Of a stretch of DNA of 64,000 bases, positions 35,051-47,907 are shown one piece after another. The notes beneath the pieces are model-generated. The model was given only the letters and a program-made list of their open reading frames with translations. It ran no database searches and was not told the DNA's origin. The position numbers were made by a program, and so were the translations under genes. This DNA comes from Escherichia coli (GTDB taxonomy: Bacteria; Pseudomonadota; Gammaproteobacteria; Enterobacterales; Enterobacteriaceae). Position 1 is the first letter of the stretch. Each line of letters starts with the position of its first letter. The DNA is taken from assembly GCF_002854065.1 (NCBI RefSeq), contig NZ_CP024147.1. One strand, written 5' to 3'.

Positions 35051-35472
35051 CCTCGCGCATACAGCCGGGCAGTGACGTCATCGTCTGCGCGGAAATGGAC
35101 GAACAGTGGGGATACGTCGGGGCTAAATCGCGCCAGCGCTGGCTGTTTTACGCGTATGACAGGCTCCGGAAGACGGTTGTTGCGCACGTATTCGGTGAAC
35201 GCACTATGGCGACGCTGGGGCGTCTTATGAGCCTGCTGTCACCCTTTGACGTGGTGATATGGATGACGGATGGCTGGCCGCTGTATGAATCCCGCCTGAA
35301 GGGAAAGCTGCACGTAATCAGCAAGCGATATACGCAGCGAATTGAGCGGCATAACCTGAATCTGAGGCAGCACCTGGCACGGCTGGGACGGAAGTCGCTG
35401 TCGTTCTCAAAATCGGTGGAGCTGCATGACAAAGTCATCGGGCATTATCTGAACATAAAACACTATCAATAA
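34969..35472 (+). CDS. insB: IS1 InsB reading frame (transposase made as InsAB' by -1 frameshift at the aaaaaac motif near 35027..35033)
   Basis: 167-aa ORF ...[21 protein letters not shown]...; the slippery a6c motif lies within the insA/insB overlap. Confidence 0.9.
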   Translation: MPGNRPHYGRWPQHDFPPFKKLRPQSVTSRIQPGSDVIVCAEMDEQWGYVGAKSRQRWLFYAYDRLRKTVVAHVFGERTMATLGRLMSLLSPFDVVIWMTDGWPLYESRLKGKLHVISKRYTQRIERHNLNLRQHLARLGRKSLSFSKSVELHDKVIGHYLNIKHYQ

Positions 35473-36268
35473 GTTGGAGTCATTACCCATAAGTGCTATT
35501 GTCAGTAATTCGTGGATGCCTATTACTACAAATTAGAGTATTGCGAATCGTATGCAATGGCATGCAAATGACGGAACGGCTGATCACTGGCATTTGGGTG
35601 ATCACCAGATCGGCTTTGCGGTGAACCAACAGTTCTTCAGCATTCTCTGCTGACATGAGGATATCATGGCACTCAATCTCGACAGAGGAATCTTGTCGTA
35701 GGCAGCGGATCAGCATACTATTATTAGAGCAAGAAATGAGCTGAGGGCCGTGAATAATAAAGTTTTTCTTTAGTTCGGACTTATTGACTATATTAATTGT
35801 TTGTTCAAGGCCTCTGAGATTTTTCTCAAGATGGTGATGCAGATTTAACCCTGTTGTCGTCGGCGCGATACCTTTTCCTGAGCGAATGAATAAAGGGTCA
35901 TTAAATTGCGCACGTAAGCGTTGTAACGACTGGCTCACGGCTGATGGGGTGATATATAGTGATTCAGCAGCTTTGCTAATGCTTAAATGCTGGTAAATAC
36001 ACTCAAATATGACAAGAAGATTTAAGTCGAACTTTTTCAAGTCGTAGAGATTGGTCATACACTACTCCGGTTATATTTTTCTTCCATGATATATTCACTT
36101 AATCAATGTTTTTTTTGCGTATATATTTTTATTGGTTATGTTTTTTTGCTTAACTCAGGATTAAGTTTTTCTAAAATAGCACAGCCACTTAGGGCAGAGC
36201 GAGCAATTCATGCTTTTTTAGGATGGTTGAAAAGCAGGGATATAGTTCAACCATCCATGAATTACCTT

Positions 36269-37015
36269 TTATTTATTTCCCATAATGATATTAAGCGTTT
36301 TCTGATCGGGCAACCCCACGGCCTGTTGCAGCGTATTTTCCTTACTCATGTAATAGATAGCCGGAGTGACATTTGCCCCCAGATCGTCCATCAGTTTCTC
36401 ATTGTCACTTAACACTTTCATTTGCTCTGTACTTACGTTTGCAGGCACGTTTAGCTTAAGCTTGCCACCAGAGGCTTCATATTGTTGCCAGGTTTTTGCG
36501 GGATCTTTGGAGGCAAGAATTGCCGCGGCTGTCGCCGGACTTTCTGGTTTGATAACCCCAACCAACAATGTTCTCAACTGTACTTTGCCAGAATCTACCC
36601 ACGGGCGCGCCTGCTGCCAGAACTGTTTACAATATGGGCAGAACGGATCGGCGAAGACGTAGACAATGACCGGCGCATCTTTTTTACCGTCGAGGAGCCA
36701 GTGGGATTGTTCCATCCGTTGCCACATTTCGCGTCCGGCTGGTGCGTAAATTTCTTTTTCGATAAGTGTGTTACTCAGGTTTTCACCTTTCTCGTTGTAC
36801 ATGTAACCAGAGATAGCGTGCTTACCATCTGGAGTCAGGTAGATGGTGACGCCCATATCCTGATACTTTCCGAGATAACCTTTCATTCCTCCGGGGGCAT
36901 CGAACGCTTTGATGATCGTAATACCCTGTTTTTCAATCGCTTTTACTGGAGCAGGAAGTTCCTCTGCGAAGGCGATTGCAGGAAGCAGAGCCAGTAAAAG
37001 TATCTTTTTTAACAT
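36269..37015 (-). CDS. dsbG: Periplasmic thiol:disulfide interchange protein DsbG
   Basis: Track ORF 36269..37075; recalled DsbG (248 aa) starts [17 protein letters not shown]; CPYC active site present. Confidence 0.9.
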   Translation of the reverse strand: MLKKILLLALLPAIAFAEELPAPVKAIEKQGITIIKAFDAPGGMKGYLGKYQDMGVTIYLTPDGKHAISGYMYNEKGENLSNTLIEKEIYAPAGREMWQRMEQSHWLLDGKKDAPVIVYVFADPFCPYCKQFWQQARPWVDSGKVQLRTLLVGVIKPESPATAAAILASKDPAKTWQQYEASGGKLKLNVPANVSTEQMKVLSDNEKLMDDLGANVTPAIYYMSKENTLQQAVGLPDQKTLNIIMGNK

Positions 37016-37199
37016 TAATTTGTCCTTTTCAGTCAGTGCAAAAGTCGAGTAAAAGGCATAACCTATCATTGTCATAGGTAAGAGCTTAGATCAGGTGATT
37101 GCCCTTTGTTTATGAGGGTGTTGTAATCCATGTCGTTGTTGCATTTGTAAGGGCAACACCTCAGCCTGCAGGCAGGCGCTGAAGATACCAAAGGGTAGT

Positions 37200-37386
37200 T
37201 CAGATTACACGGTCACCTGGAAAGGGGGCCATTTTACTTTTTATCGCCGCTGGCGGTGCAAAGTTCACAAAGTTGTCTTACGAAAGTTGTAAGGTAAAAC
37301 TTATCGATTTGATAATGGAAACGCATTAGCCGAATCGGTAAAAATTGGTTACCTTACATCTCATCGAAAACACGGAGGAAGTATAG
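37200..37386 (+). promoter_or_regulatory. ahpC promoter region (expected OxyR-regulated; exact site not resolved)
   Basis: ahpCF is known to be OxyR-activated; I could not pinpoint the operator by eye. Confidence 0.3.
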
Positions 37387-37950
37387 ATGTCCTTGATTAA
37401 CACCAAAATTAAACCTTTTAAAAACCAGGCATTCAAAAACGGCGAATTCATCGAAATCACCGAAAAAGATACCGAAGGCCGCTGGAGCGTCTTCTTCTTC
37501 TACCCGGCTGACTTTACTTTCGTATGCCCGACCGAACTGGGTGACGTTGCTGACCACTACGAAGAACTGCAGAAACTGGGCGTAGACGTATACGCAGTAT
37601 CTACCGATACTCACTTCACCCACAAAGCATGGCACAGCAGCTCTGAAACCATCGCTAAAATCAAATATGCGATGATCGGCGACCCGACTGGCGCCCTGAC
37701 CCGTAACTTCGACAACATGCGTGAAGATGAAGGTCTGGCTGACCGTGCGACCTTCGTTGTTGACCCGCAAGGTATCATCCAGGCAATCGAAGTTACCGCT
37801 GAAGGCATTGGCCGTGACGCGTCTGACCTGCTGCGTAAAATCAAAGCAGCACAGTACGTAGCTTCACACCCAGGTGAAGTTTGCCCGGCTAAATGGAAAG
37901 AAGGTGAAGCAACTCTGGCTCCGTCTCTGGACCTGGTTGGTAAAATCTAA
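37387..37950 (+). CDS. ahpC: Alkyl hydroperoxide reductase peroxiredoxin subunit AhpC
   Basis: 187-aa [24 protein letters not shown]... with peroxidatic FTFVCPTEL motif. Confidence 0.95.
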   Translation: MSLINTKIKPFKNQAFKNGEFIEITEKDTEGRWSVFFFYPADFTFVCPTELGDVADHYEELQKLGVDVYAVSTDTHFTHKAWHSSSETIAKIKYAMIGDPTGALTRNFDNMREDEGLADRATFVVDPQGIIQAIEVTAEGIGRDASDLLRKIKAAQYVASHPGEVCPAKWKEGEATLAPSLDLVGKI

Positions 37951-38078
37951 GTTCCGCAATCGCGTAATTAATCGGGTGCTGCGGCACCCGATTTTCTTCC
38001 CCGCACCATGATGCAAGCTGCATCCAGGTAGCCGCAGAGGCCGCTTGCATGATGATGTTTAAAGCCCAGGAGATAAAC

Positions 38079-39644
38079 ATGCTCGACACAAATATGAAAA
38101 CTCAACTCAAGGCTTACCTTGAGAAATTGACCAAGCCTGTTGAGTTAATTGCCACGCTGGATGACAGCGCTAAATCGGCAGAAATCAAGGAACTGTTGGC
38201 TGAAATCGCAGAACTGTCAGACAAAGTCACCTTTAAAGAAGATAACAGCTTGCCGGTGCGTAAGCCGTCTTTCCTGATCACCAACCCAGGTTCCAACCAG
38301 GGGCCACGTTTTGCAGGCTCCCCGCTGGGCCACGAGTTCACCTCGCTGGTACTGGCGTTACTGTGGACCGGTGGTCATCCGTCGAAAGAAGCGCAGTCCC
38401 TGCTGGAGCAGATTCGCCATATTGACGGTGATTTTGAATTCGAAACCTATTACTCGCTCTCTTGCCATAACTGCCCGGACGTGGTGCAGGCGCTGAACCT
38501 GATGAGCGTATTGAACCCGCGCATCAAGCACACTGCAATTGACGGCGGCACCTTCCAGAACGAAATCACCGATCGCAACGTGATGGGCGTTCCGGCAGTG
38601 TTCGTAAACGGGAAAGAGTTTGGTCAGGGCCGCATGACGTTGACTGAAATCGTTGCCAAAATTGATACTGGCGCGGAAAAACGTGCGGCAGAAGAGCTGA
38701 ACAAGCGTGATGCTTATGACGTATTAATCGTTGGTTCCGGCCCGGCGGGTGCAGCGGCAGCAATTTACTCCGCACGTAAAGGCATCCGTACCGGTCTGAT
38801 GGGCGAACGTTTTGGTGGTCAGATCCTCGATACCGTTGATATCGAAAACTACATTTCTGTACCGAAGACTGAAGGGCAGAAGTTGGCAGGCGCACTGAAA
38901 GTTCACGTTGATGAATACGACGTTGATGTGATCGACAGCCAGAGCGCCAGCAAACTGATCCCAGCAGCAGTTGAAGGTGGTCTGCATCAGATTGAAACAG
39001 CTTCTGGCGCGGTACTGAAAGCACGCAGCATTATCGTGGCGACCGGTGCAAAATGGCGCAACATGAACGTTCCGGGCGAAGATCAGTATCGCACCAAAGG
39101 CGTGACCTACTGCCCGCACTGCGACGGCCCGCTGTTTAAAGGCAAACGCGTAGCGGTTATCGGCGGCGGTAACTCCGGCGTGGAAGCGGCAATCGACCTG
39201 GCGGGTATCGTTGAGCACGTAACTCTGCTGGAATTTGCGCCAGAAATGAAAGCCGACCAGGTGCTGCAGGACAAACTGCGCAGCCTGAAAAACGTCGATA
39301 TTATTCTGAATGCGCAAACCACGGAAGTGAAAGGCGACGGCAGCAAAGTCGTTGGTCTGGAATATCGAGATCGTGTCAGCGGCGATATTCACAACATCGA
39401 ACTGGCCGGTATTTTCGTCCAGATTGGTCTGCTGCCGAACACCAACTGGCTGGAAGGCGCAGTCGAACGTAACCGCATGGGTGAGATTATCATTGATGCG
39501 AAATGCGAAACCAACGTCAAAGGCGTGTTCGCAGCGGGTGACTGTACGACGGTTCCGTACAAGCAGATCATCATCGCCACTGGCGAAGGTGCCAAAGCCT
39601 CTCTGAGTGCTTTTGACTACCTGATTCGCACCAAAACTGCATAA
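38079..39644 (+). CDS. ahpF: Alkyl hydroperoxide reductase flavoprotein subunit AhpF
   Basis: Track ORF 38049..39644; recalled AhpF (521 aa) starts [16 protein letters not shown]; CHNC and CPHCDG redox motifs. Confidence 0.95.
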
Positions 39645-39673
39645 GAAGAAGTAAGATTCACCTGCAATCGCTT

Positions 39674-39704
39674 AGCCGCCGGGGTCAAACCTGGCGGCTT
39701 TTTT
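39674..39704 (+). terminator. Rho-independent terminator after ahpF
   Basis: agccgccggggtcaaacctggcggc hairpin followed by tttttt. Confidence 0.65.
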
Positions 39705-39712
39705 ATGGCAAT

Positions 39713-39746
39713 AAAAAGCCCCGCCGGGATGGCTCCGGGCAGGGCT
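39713..39746 (-). terminator. Putative terminator after uspG
   Basis: GC-rich hairpin (gccccgccggg...ccgggcagggc) preceded on the plus strand by aaaaa, i.e. a U-run on the minus strand. Confidence 0.5.
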
Positions 39747-39764
39747 GGAGACTTATTCTGACAA

Positions 39765-40193
39765 TTAACGCACAACCAGCACCGGCAGATTGGCGTGGCG
39801 GATCACGCTCGAGGCGTTAGAACCTAACAGATGGGTCGAAATCGATGGGTTGCGAGAACCGATAACTACAACATCAGCCCCCAGTTCTTCTGCCAACTCA
39901 TTGACTTCATCCCGCACGCTACCAAAACGGACATGTTGTTTAATGCGGGAAGGATCGATGGTGAAGTGGCTGACCATCGTTTGCAGACGTTCTTCTGCTT
40001 CATGTTGCAGATGCTCTTCAAAACGACGCACATCAGCGGCAAAACGGTGCAGGCTTAGGCTGGCTGACCCGGGTAGTACGTGAAGTAGATGAATAACTCC
40101 GTCATCCTGGGCGAGGAATTCAGCGTGGCGAACAGCTTTGTCGCTCAATTCCATTTCAAATACATCAACTGGCATAATGATTGTCTTATACAT
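39765..40193 (-). CDS. uspG: Universal stress protein UspG
   Basis: 142-aa ORF matching recalled UspG. Confidence 0.9.
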   Translation of the reverse strand: MYKTIIMPVDVFEMELSDKAVRHAEFLAQDDGVIHLLHVLPGSASLSLHRFAADVRRFEEHLQHEAEERLQTMVSHFTIDPSRIKQHVRFGSVRDEVNELAEELGADVVVIGSRNPSISTHLLGSNASSVIRHANLPVLVVR

Positions 40194-40413
40194 AACCCTT
40201 TCTCCCTGTTAATCATGAACAAATCATTCGCCATGATTATAATATTTATCCCTGATATTTGTCTGGTTCTTTTTCCTTACGAACGGTTTCTGTGATTAAT
40301 ATATTCTCACTGAACACCAGGAATTCTCCCAAAACCTGCGGTACCGCCCGTTTTCCCGCTGTGATAGCTACCCTTAAAGACTGACTTTTTTTTGAACTGT
40401 CTCTGGAGGTTGC

Positions 40414-41652
40414 ATGAAAGCATTGACTTATCACGGCCCACATCACGTTCAGGTAGAAAATGTTCCCGATCCGGGCATTGAACAGGCAGATGATATTATT
40501 CTGCGTATTACGGCAACGGCGATCTGTGGCTCTGACCTCCATCTTTATCGAGGCAAAATACCCCAGGTTAAACATGGCGATATTTTTGGTCATGAATTTA
40601 TGGGGGAAGTAGTTGAAACCGGGAAGGACGTAAAAAATTTGCAAAAAGGCGACCGGGTGGTAATTCCGTTCGTCATTGCTTGTGGCGACTGTTTTTTCTG
40701 TCGAATGCAGCAATATGCCGCCTGCGAAAATACCAATGCGGGTAAAGGCGCTGCGCTCAATAAAAAACAGATACCTGCTCCCGCGGCATTGTTTGGTTAT
40801 AGTCACCTGTATGGTGGCGTTCCTGGCGGGCAGGCGGAATATGTCCGCGTCCCTAAAGGGAATGTGGGGCCGTTTAAAGTACCGCCTTTGCTTTCAGATG
40901 ATAAAGCGCTTTTCCTTTCTGATATTCTGCCAACGGCATGGCAGGCAGCAAAAAATGCGCAGATCCAACAAGGTTCAAGCGTTGCAGTCTATGGTGCCGG
41001 TCCTGTGGGATTGTTGACAATCGCCTGTGCACGGTTGCTCGGTGCGGAACAGATTTTTGTTGTTGATCATCATCCCTACCGCTTGCGTTTCGCCGCCGAC
41101 CGCTACGGCGCGATCCCGATTAATTTTGATGAAGATAGCGATCCGGCACAGTCAATTATTGAACAAACGGCAGGTCACCGTGGCGTGGATGCAGTAATAG
41201 ACGCCGTCGGTTTTGAAGCGAAAGGCAGCACCACGGAAACGGTGCTGACTAACCTGAAACTGGAGGGCAGCAGCGGTAAAGCGTTGCGCCAGTGTATTGC
41301 GGCGGTCAGGCGTGGCGGCATTGTTAGCGTACCGGGCGTCTACGCTGGATTTATTCACGGTTTCCTGTTTGGCGACGCCTTTGATAAAGGGTTGACGTTT
41401 AAAATGGGACAGACCCACGTTCACGCATGGCTGGGAGAATTATTACCGTTAATTGAGAAAGGATTACTGAAACCAGAAGAAATTGTTACCCACTATATGC
41501 CGTTTGAAGAGGCCGCCCGGGGATATGAGATTTTCGAAAAACGTGAAGAGGAGTGCCGTAAGGTGATTCTGGTACCCGGTGCACAAAGCGCAGAGGCGGC
41601 GCAGAAGGCGGTTTCAGGTCTGGTGAATGCGATGCCGGGGGGAACAATATGA
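40414..41652 (+). CDS. ybdR: Zn-dependent medium-chain dehydrogenase family oxidoreductase YbdR
   Basis: 412-aa ORF with zinc-ADH features (CGSDLH, GHEFMG) and a Rossmann GAGPVG motif. Confidence 0.85.
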   Translation: MKALTYHGPHHVQVENVPDPGIEQADDIILRITATAICGSDLHLYRGKIPQVKHGDIFGHEFMGEVVETGKDVKNLQKGDRVVIPFVIACGDCFFCRMQQYAACENTNAGKGAALNKKQIPAPAALFGYSHLYGGVPGGQAEYVRVPKGNVGPFKVPPLLSDDKALFLSDILPTAWQAAKNAQIQQGSSVAVYGAGPVGLLTIACARLLGAEQIFVVDHHPYRLRFAADRYGAIPINFDEDSDPAQSIIEQTAGHRGVDAVIDAVGFEAKGSTTETVLTNLKLEGSSGKALRQCIAAVRRGGIVSVPGVYAGFIHGFLFGDAFDKGLTFKMGQTHVHAWLGELLPLIEKGLLKPEEIVTHYMPFEEAARGYEIFEKREEECRKVILVPGAQSAEAAQKAVSGLVNAMPGGTI

Positions 41653-41882
41653 TCGTCAGGAGTGGTTTTCGAGGTAAAGGACAGCCATGACGATAATCGC
41701 CGCCATAATCAGAAATCCTATCAGGATGTAAAATGCTTCTGCCATGGTTATTCCCACAAACGAAACGGAATAATTTTGCAGCAAAAGTGAACAGTGAGAA
41801 CCAGGAAAAATTGCTGATTTTGCGTAAAGAGGATGCGAGTGCATCCTCTGGGCAAAGCGAGTTATCGCTTGTGCAGATGGGA

Positions 41883-42293
41883 TTAAAGCAGGTAGTCGCC
41901 AGCAGCTTCTGGCTGGTATTCGAGTTCCAGCACTTCAAGGTGGGTTGCAACGCCGCCCGGAAGTTCCCAGTGAATGGAATCGCCAACGCGCAGTCCCAGC
42001 AGTGCGGCACCTACCGGAGCCATAACGGAAAGCTGAGTATTGCTATCGGTCATTTTTGCCGGATACACCAGCGTGCGCACACGCACTTCGCCATCGCTAA
42101 GATTGCGGAATTTAACCCGGCTGTTCATTGTCACCACGTCGTGTGGCATCTCTTCTGGCGAACACATTTGGGCGCGATCCAACTCTGCGTTTAACGCGTC
42201 GGCGATTGGCAAACCAGCATAGGCGGGTTGCTCCAGCAGAATATCGATGCGTTCGGCATCCAGGTCGTTAATGATGATAGTTGGTCTGGACAT
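41883..42293 (-). CDS. rnk: Regulator of nucleoside diphosphate kinase Rnk (GreA/GreB-like)
   Basis: 136-aa ORF matching recalled Rnk. Confidence 0.9.
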
Positions 42294-42522
42294 TTTTACT
42301 CCATGTCGTCGGTACTGCGAGTGTCGCAGATAAACATACCCAAAAGAAAACCCTCACCGTCAGGCGGCGAGGGTTTAACTCACATGATGATACTGACTGT
42401 TGCTCACTCTTTGAAGTGATTTGCGTCACATTCAGGGAATTCCTCAATGCAGCGCATTATGTATAAATCTTAATCGCCTTGGTTTATGGAAGACGAATTA
42501 GCGTGTTTTGTAAATCAGAGGA

Positions 42523-43329
42523 TTAATAACCCGCTTTATCAATCACAAAGGTTTTGCCACAGTTACCTGGGTGTGGTTGTGGCAAGAATGAGTTTGCAGA
42601 AAGCGGAGCGTTGATGGCGTCAGCTTTGATCGAGATCTGAATTTCAGTCAAATACGCAGGGTTACCCTGGCACGTTAGCTTAACTGCTTTCACGTTCTCT
42701 TTTCCCCAGCTTTTGGCAAAGGCGGCGTCAAAGTCACGGCGGCTCACTGTTTTACCGTAATTATCCGCAAGGAATTTTCCGGCTTCGCTCTCTTTAATTT
42801 CTTGATTCAGGCGTACCATCGTACCGAAGTATGCGTCCGGATCAAAACCAAAGCAGGCACCGTGTTTGGCATATTCGTAGCGTTCCAGGCAGGAACGTCC
42901 GCCAGCTCCTGGCATGACTTCACTTAGTTTAGCGGCCGTTTCCAGTGATAATCCGGTTTCCGGCGATGAACACATCCGGCTGGCGCGCGCTTCTGGTAGA
43001 TTCGGGATTGGGCGAGTAGCGCAACCGAAGCGCATCCAGCGGCGTTCATCAACACCACGGGCAGCGACCGATTTAGGCAATCCTGGCCACAGACCATGTA
43101 CGGTCAGAAAATCAGCTTTGTTGGTCGTTTCGGTTTGCAGGCGACATTCATCTCGTTCGTTACGATTTCGATCGTGTTGACTCTGGCAAAATCCGGTTTG
43201 CCAGGAGAGGGCCAGGACATAGCGATCAAAATCGCCATACTGTTTTGCCTGCAACGCTACGGCGTTGGCAGAAGAGAAGGGAAGCAGAGAAACCGCGAGC
43301 AACGCGGCGTTACGCCAGAATGCTTTCAT
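42523..43329 (-). CDS. rna: Periplasmic ribonuclease I (RNase T2 family)
   Basis: Track ORF 42523..43347; recalled RNase I (268 aa) starts MKAFWRNAALLAVSLLPFSSANA. Confidence 0.9.
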   Translation of the reverse strand: MKAFWRNAALLAVSLLPFSSANAVALQAKQYGDFDRYVLALSWQTGFCQSQHDRNRNERDECRLQTETTNKADFLTVHGLWPGLPKSVAARGVDERRWMRFGCATRPIPNLPEARASRMCSSPETGLSLETAAKLSEVMPGAGGRSCLERYEYAKHGACFGFDPDAYFGTMVRLNQEIKESEAGKFLADNYGKTVSRRDFDAAFAKSWGKENVKAVKLTCQGNPAYLTEIQISIKADAINAPLSANSFLPQPHPGNCGKTFVIDKAGY

Positions 43330-43375
43330 AATGGGTGTGGAACTCATACATACACTGAATACTATCTATTAAATC

Positions 43376-43411
43376 ATAAAAAAGCCCGCCAGGTGGGCTT
43401 ACCTGGCGGGC
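43376..43411 (-). terminator. Rho-independent terminator after citT
   Basis: cccgccaggt...acctggcggg hairpin preceded on the plus strand by aaaaaa. Confidence 0.6.
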
Positions 43412-43442
43412 GTGATGATTTATTCAGCGTTTGGCGAACGTA

Positions 43443-44906
43443 TTAGTTCCACATGGCGAGAATCGGCCAGCCAACCAACAGCAGCATAGAGATGTAAATC
43501 ACCCCGAAGATTGCGCCAAGACGCCAGTAATCTTTTGATTTCACATAGCCACAGCCGTAAATAATCACCCCAGGACCGGTTGCATACGGCGTCAGACAGC
43601 CCATGATACCGATAGACAGCACCAGCAGGATACACAGTTGTTCCATTGGTACGCCCGGGATCCCTTTACCGACGGCCAGAATAACCGGCAGCATGGTTGC
43701 GGTGTGCGCAGACAGGCTGGCAAACAGGTAGTGTGCAAAGTAGAACACCAGAACCAGTACAATCACCGTTGCGTTTGGTGAGAATCCTTCCAGGTGCGTA
43801 CTCATGGTACCGGCGAACCAGTCAATAAAACCAGAACGAGTCAGGCCGTTAGCCATCACAACCAGAGTTGCCAGGTTGACCAGCGTGTTCCATGCGCTGT
43901 TATAGCGGGTAATGTCTTTCCACGGCACAACGTGCAGGGCCAGCATTAGCGAAACTGCCAGCAGACCAACCGCAGTAGCATTAATGACTTCACTGCCAAA
44001 TACCCACAAACCTAAGCTGAGCAATACAAGGCCAATCAGCGTCCACTCTCTGCGTGTCAGCACACCCATGGTTTTTAGTTCATCACCCGCCCAAGTTGCC
44101 ACTTCTTCACTGTGTGTGATTTCCGGTTTGTACAGCACGTAGGAAAGCCACGGCGCAATGATAAGCAAGATAACCCCAACCGGCAGGAAGCAGAGGAACC
44201 ACTGCAACCAGCTAATCTGGATACCGGCAATTTTGCTGACGAACTCCAGACCCAGCACGTTTGGTGCCGCACCGGTGACAAACATGGACGAACTCAGACT
44301 GGTACTAATGACCATCATCCACATCAAATAGCCGCCAATACGACGCGCGGACGGATCGTTCGGGAATGATTTAAACAGCGGCGGCAGGTTTTTAATGACC
44401 GGAAAAACCGTACCCCCGGTACGCGCGGTGTTGGACGGTGTAAACGGTGCCAGCAGAATGTCGATAATGACAATCGCATAACCCAACGTCAGCGTGCGTT
44501 TGCCCATGAATTTCACCAGGAAAAGGGCAATGCGACGACCTAACCCGGAAACTTCATACCCTAATGCAAAAATAAATGCGCCAAATACCAGCCATACCGT
44601 GGTGCTGGAAAAACCAGCCAGACCCCATTTCAGCGCCTGTTTTTGCGCATTAAACGCTGGGTCAGCTAATTCTTTGGCATCAAAGAGCAGGTAATTACTG
44701 CCAATAACGCAAATAGTAACCGCAATAAAACTGATCGCTGTTGCCGGAATTGGCTCGAGGATCATGCCGACAATCATTGCCACAAACACAGCGAAGTAAT
44801 GCCATGCCTGCGGCGGCATACCGTCGGGGACAGGGATAAGAAACATGACGCCCATCACCACCAGTGGGGCCAATAGTTTCCATATATTATCTTTTGCTAA
44901 AGACAT
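43443..44906 (-). CDS. citT: Citrate:succinate antiporter CitT
   Basis: 487-aa polytopic membrane ORF matching recalled CitT. Confidence 0.9.
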   Translation of the reverse strand: MSLAKDNIWKLLAPLVVMGVMFLIPVPDGMPPQAWHYFAVFVAMIVGMILEPIPATAISFIAVTICVIGSNYLLFDAKELADPAFNAQKQALKWGLAGFSSTTVWLVFGAFIFALGYEVSGLGRRIALFLVKFMGKRTLTLGYAIVIIDILLAPFTPSNTARTGGTVFPVIKNLPPLFKSFPNDPSARRIGGYLMWMMVISTSLSSSMFVTGAAPNVLGLEFVSKIAGIQISWLQWFLCFLPVGVILLIIAPWLSYVLYKPEITHSEEVATWAGDELKTMGVLTRREWTLIGLVLLSLGLWVFGSEVINATAVGLLAVSLMLALHVVPWKDITRYNSAWNTLVNLATLVVMANGLTRSGFIDWFAGTMSTHLEGFSPNATVIVLVLVFYFAHYLFASLSAHTATMLPVILAVGKGIPGVPMEQLCILLVLSIGIMGCLTPYATGPGVIIYGCGYVKSKDYWRLGAIFGVIYISMLLLVGWPILAMWN

Positions 44907-44956
44907 ACGGGTTCTCCGAAAATTAATATTTCAAAATTTATCAAGTGCTTAAATAA

Positions 44957-46361
<1,405 letters not shown>

Positions 46362-46364
46362 GGC

Positions 46365-47897
46365 TTATTCCTTCACCTGATGCACAACATCGATCACCGA
46401 GCCATCGCGGTAACGCACAACGGCAACGACGCGGTCGGTGAATTCAATCGGCTGTGGTTCACCGGTCAACAGACGCGCACGTTCGCGCAGCCACTCAATG
46501 GAAACCACTTTAATGCCCGCTTCCTGCAGACGTTCTGCCAGTTCCGGACGTGCCGGGTTAACTGCGATACCGTGGTCTGTGACCAGAATATCGACACTGG
46601 AGCCTGGGGTGATGCAGGTCAGCACGTTATCCACCAGAGTCGGAATACGACCACGTACCAGCGGCGCGACGATGATGGAAAGCGCAGAGGCAATCGCGGT
46701 ATCGCAGTGACCACCGGAAGCACCACGCAGTACGCCGTCAGAGCCGGTCAGCACGTTAACGTTGAACTGGGTGTCAATTTCCAGCGCGCTCAGTACCACC
46801 ACGTCGAGACGATCAACCGATGCGCCTTTCGATCCCCAGTTAGCGTACTGGTTGGCGCTGATTTCGATGTGATTGGGGTTACGGGCCAGCGATTGCGCAG
46901 CATGGCTGTCAAAGCTCTGCACATCCAGCAGTTTGCGGATCAGACCTTTTTCGTGCAGGTCAACCATCGTCGCGGTAATACCGCCAAGGGCGAAGTCGGC
47001 GCGAATATCGCGGCTACGCATTTTGTCTTCCAGGAAACGGGTTACCGCCAGCGATGCGCCGCCGGTGCCGGTTTGCATGGAGAAACCTTCTTTGAAGTAG
47101 CCAGAGTTGACAATCACATCCGCAGCGCTACGGGCAATAAGCAGTTCGCGCGGGTTAGTGGTCATACGGGTCGCGCCAGCGCCGATTTTTGCAGCATCGC
47201 CAACGCGATCAACTTTGACGATCAAATCAACCTGATCTTGCTCAATGCTTGCCGGATTATGCGGATAAGGCAGCAGTTCTTCGGCAAGCATCACAACCTG
47301 TTTTGCGTTGTCGGCATCAACCATTGCATAGCCGAGGGAGCCGCAGCAGGCTTTACCGGTGTAGCCGTTGGCATTACCGAATTCATCACAGGACGGGACG
47401 CCGAGGAAAGCCACGTCGATATTCAGTTCGCCGCTCTGTACCAGATGCACACGATCGCCGTGAGAGTGGATCTGCACCGGTTCTGCCAGCAGACCACGGG
47501 AGATCTCTTCCGCCAGTGGACCACGCAGGCCGGAGGTATAAATGCGGGTAACCACGCCCTGGCGAATGTGTTCTACCAGCGGCGCATGGCAATCACTCAG
47601 GGAGCTGGATGCCAGGGTCAGGTTTTTAAAGCCCATCTTCGCGATGACGTCCATCACCATATTGACGGTCAGGTCACCGCCACGGAAAGCGTGATGGAAG
47701 GAAACCGTCATGCCGTCCTGTAAACCTGAGCGACGAATCGCTTCTTCCAGGTTGGCGCACAGTTTGCGATCGCGCGCTTTTTCAGCCTGGTAGGTTTGCT
47801 TTGGCGAGTTCTGGAAAGCGGCAAGATCGCATTCAGCGCGACGATTCCAGGCCGCTACCCGTTCTTGTCGTTGAGATTGTTCAATTTTCTGCGTCAT
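46365..47897 (-). CDS. citF: Citrate lyase alpha subunit CitF (citrate CoA-transferase)
   Basis: Track ORF 46365..47939; recalled CitF (510 aa) starts MTQKIEQSQRQERVAAW. Confidence 0.9.
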   Translation of the reverse strand: MTQKIEQSQRQERVAAWNRRAECDLAAFQNSPKQTYQAEKARDRKLCANLEEAIRRSGLQDGMTVSFHHAFRGGDLTVNMVMDVIAKMGFKNLTLASSSLSDCHAPLVEHIRQGVVTRIYTSGLRGPLAEEISRGLLAEPVQIHSHGDRVHLVQSGELNIDVAFLGVPSCDEFGNANGYTGKACCGSLGYAMVDADNAKQVVMLAEELLPYPHNPASIEQDQVDLIVKVDRVGDAAKIGAGATRMTTNPRELLIARSAADVIVNSGYFKEGFSMQTGTGGASLAVTRFLEDKMRSRDIRADFALGGITATMVDLHEKGLIRKLLDVQSFDSHAAQSLARNPNHIEISANQYANWGSKGASVDRLDVVVLSALEIDTQFNVNVLTGSDGVLRGASGGHCDTAIASALSIIVAPLVRGRIPTLVDNVLTCITPGSSVDILVTDHGIAVNPARPELAERLQEAGIKVVSIEWLRERARLLTGEPQPIEFTDRVVAVVRYRDGSVIDVVHQVKE

Positions 47898-47907
47898 TTT
47901 GATTGCC

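Larger units (their letters stand above)
34720..35487 (+). mobile_element. IS1 insertion sequence (768 bp) flanked by a 9-bp target-site duplication cataagtgc (34711..34719 and 35488..35496)
   Basis: Terminal inverted repeats ggtgatgctgccaacttactgat ... and ... atcaataagttggagtcattacc; insA and insB ORFs; direct repeat of the flanks read in the sequence. Confidence 0.95.
34379..36058 (-). pseudogene. ybdO: LysR-family regulator YbdO, interrupted by IS1 (N-terminal fragment 35483..36058, C-terminal fragment 34379..34702)
   Basis: The 191-aa fragment carries the HTH (SISKAAESLYITPSAVSQSLQRLR); the 107-aa fragment continues the effector domain. Removing IS1 and one copy of the 9-bp duplication restores a continuous frame (...STYEQIMAEEF...) of about 300 aa. 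Confidence 0.85.

Noticed and set aside
36086-36412. 108-aa plus-strand ORF between ybdO and dsbG
   Set aside because: Starts in the AT-rich ybdO promoter region and runs antisense into the dsbG 3' end; low-complexity hydrophobic N-terminus, no ribosome-binding site noticed.
38724-39392. 222-aa minus-strand ORF antisense to ahpF
   Set aside because: Shadow ORF opposite a highly conserved gene.
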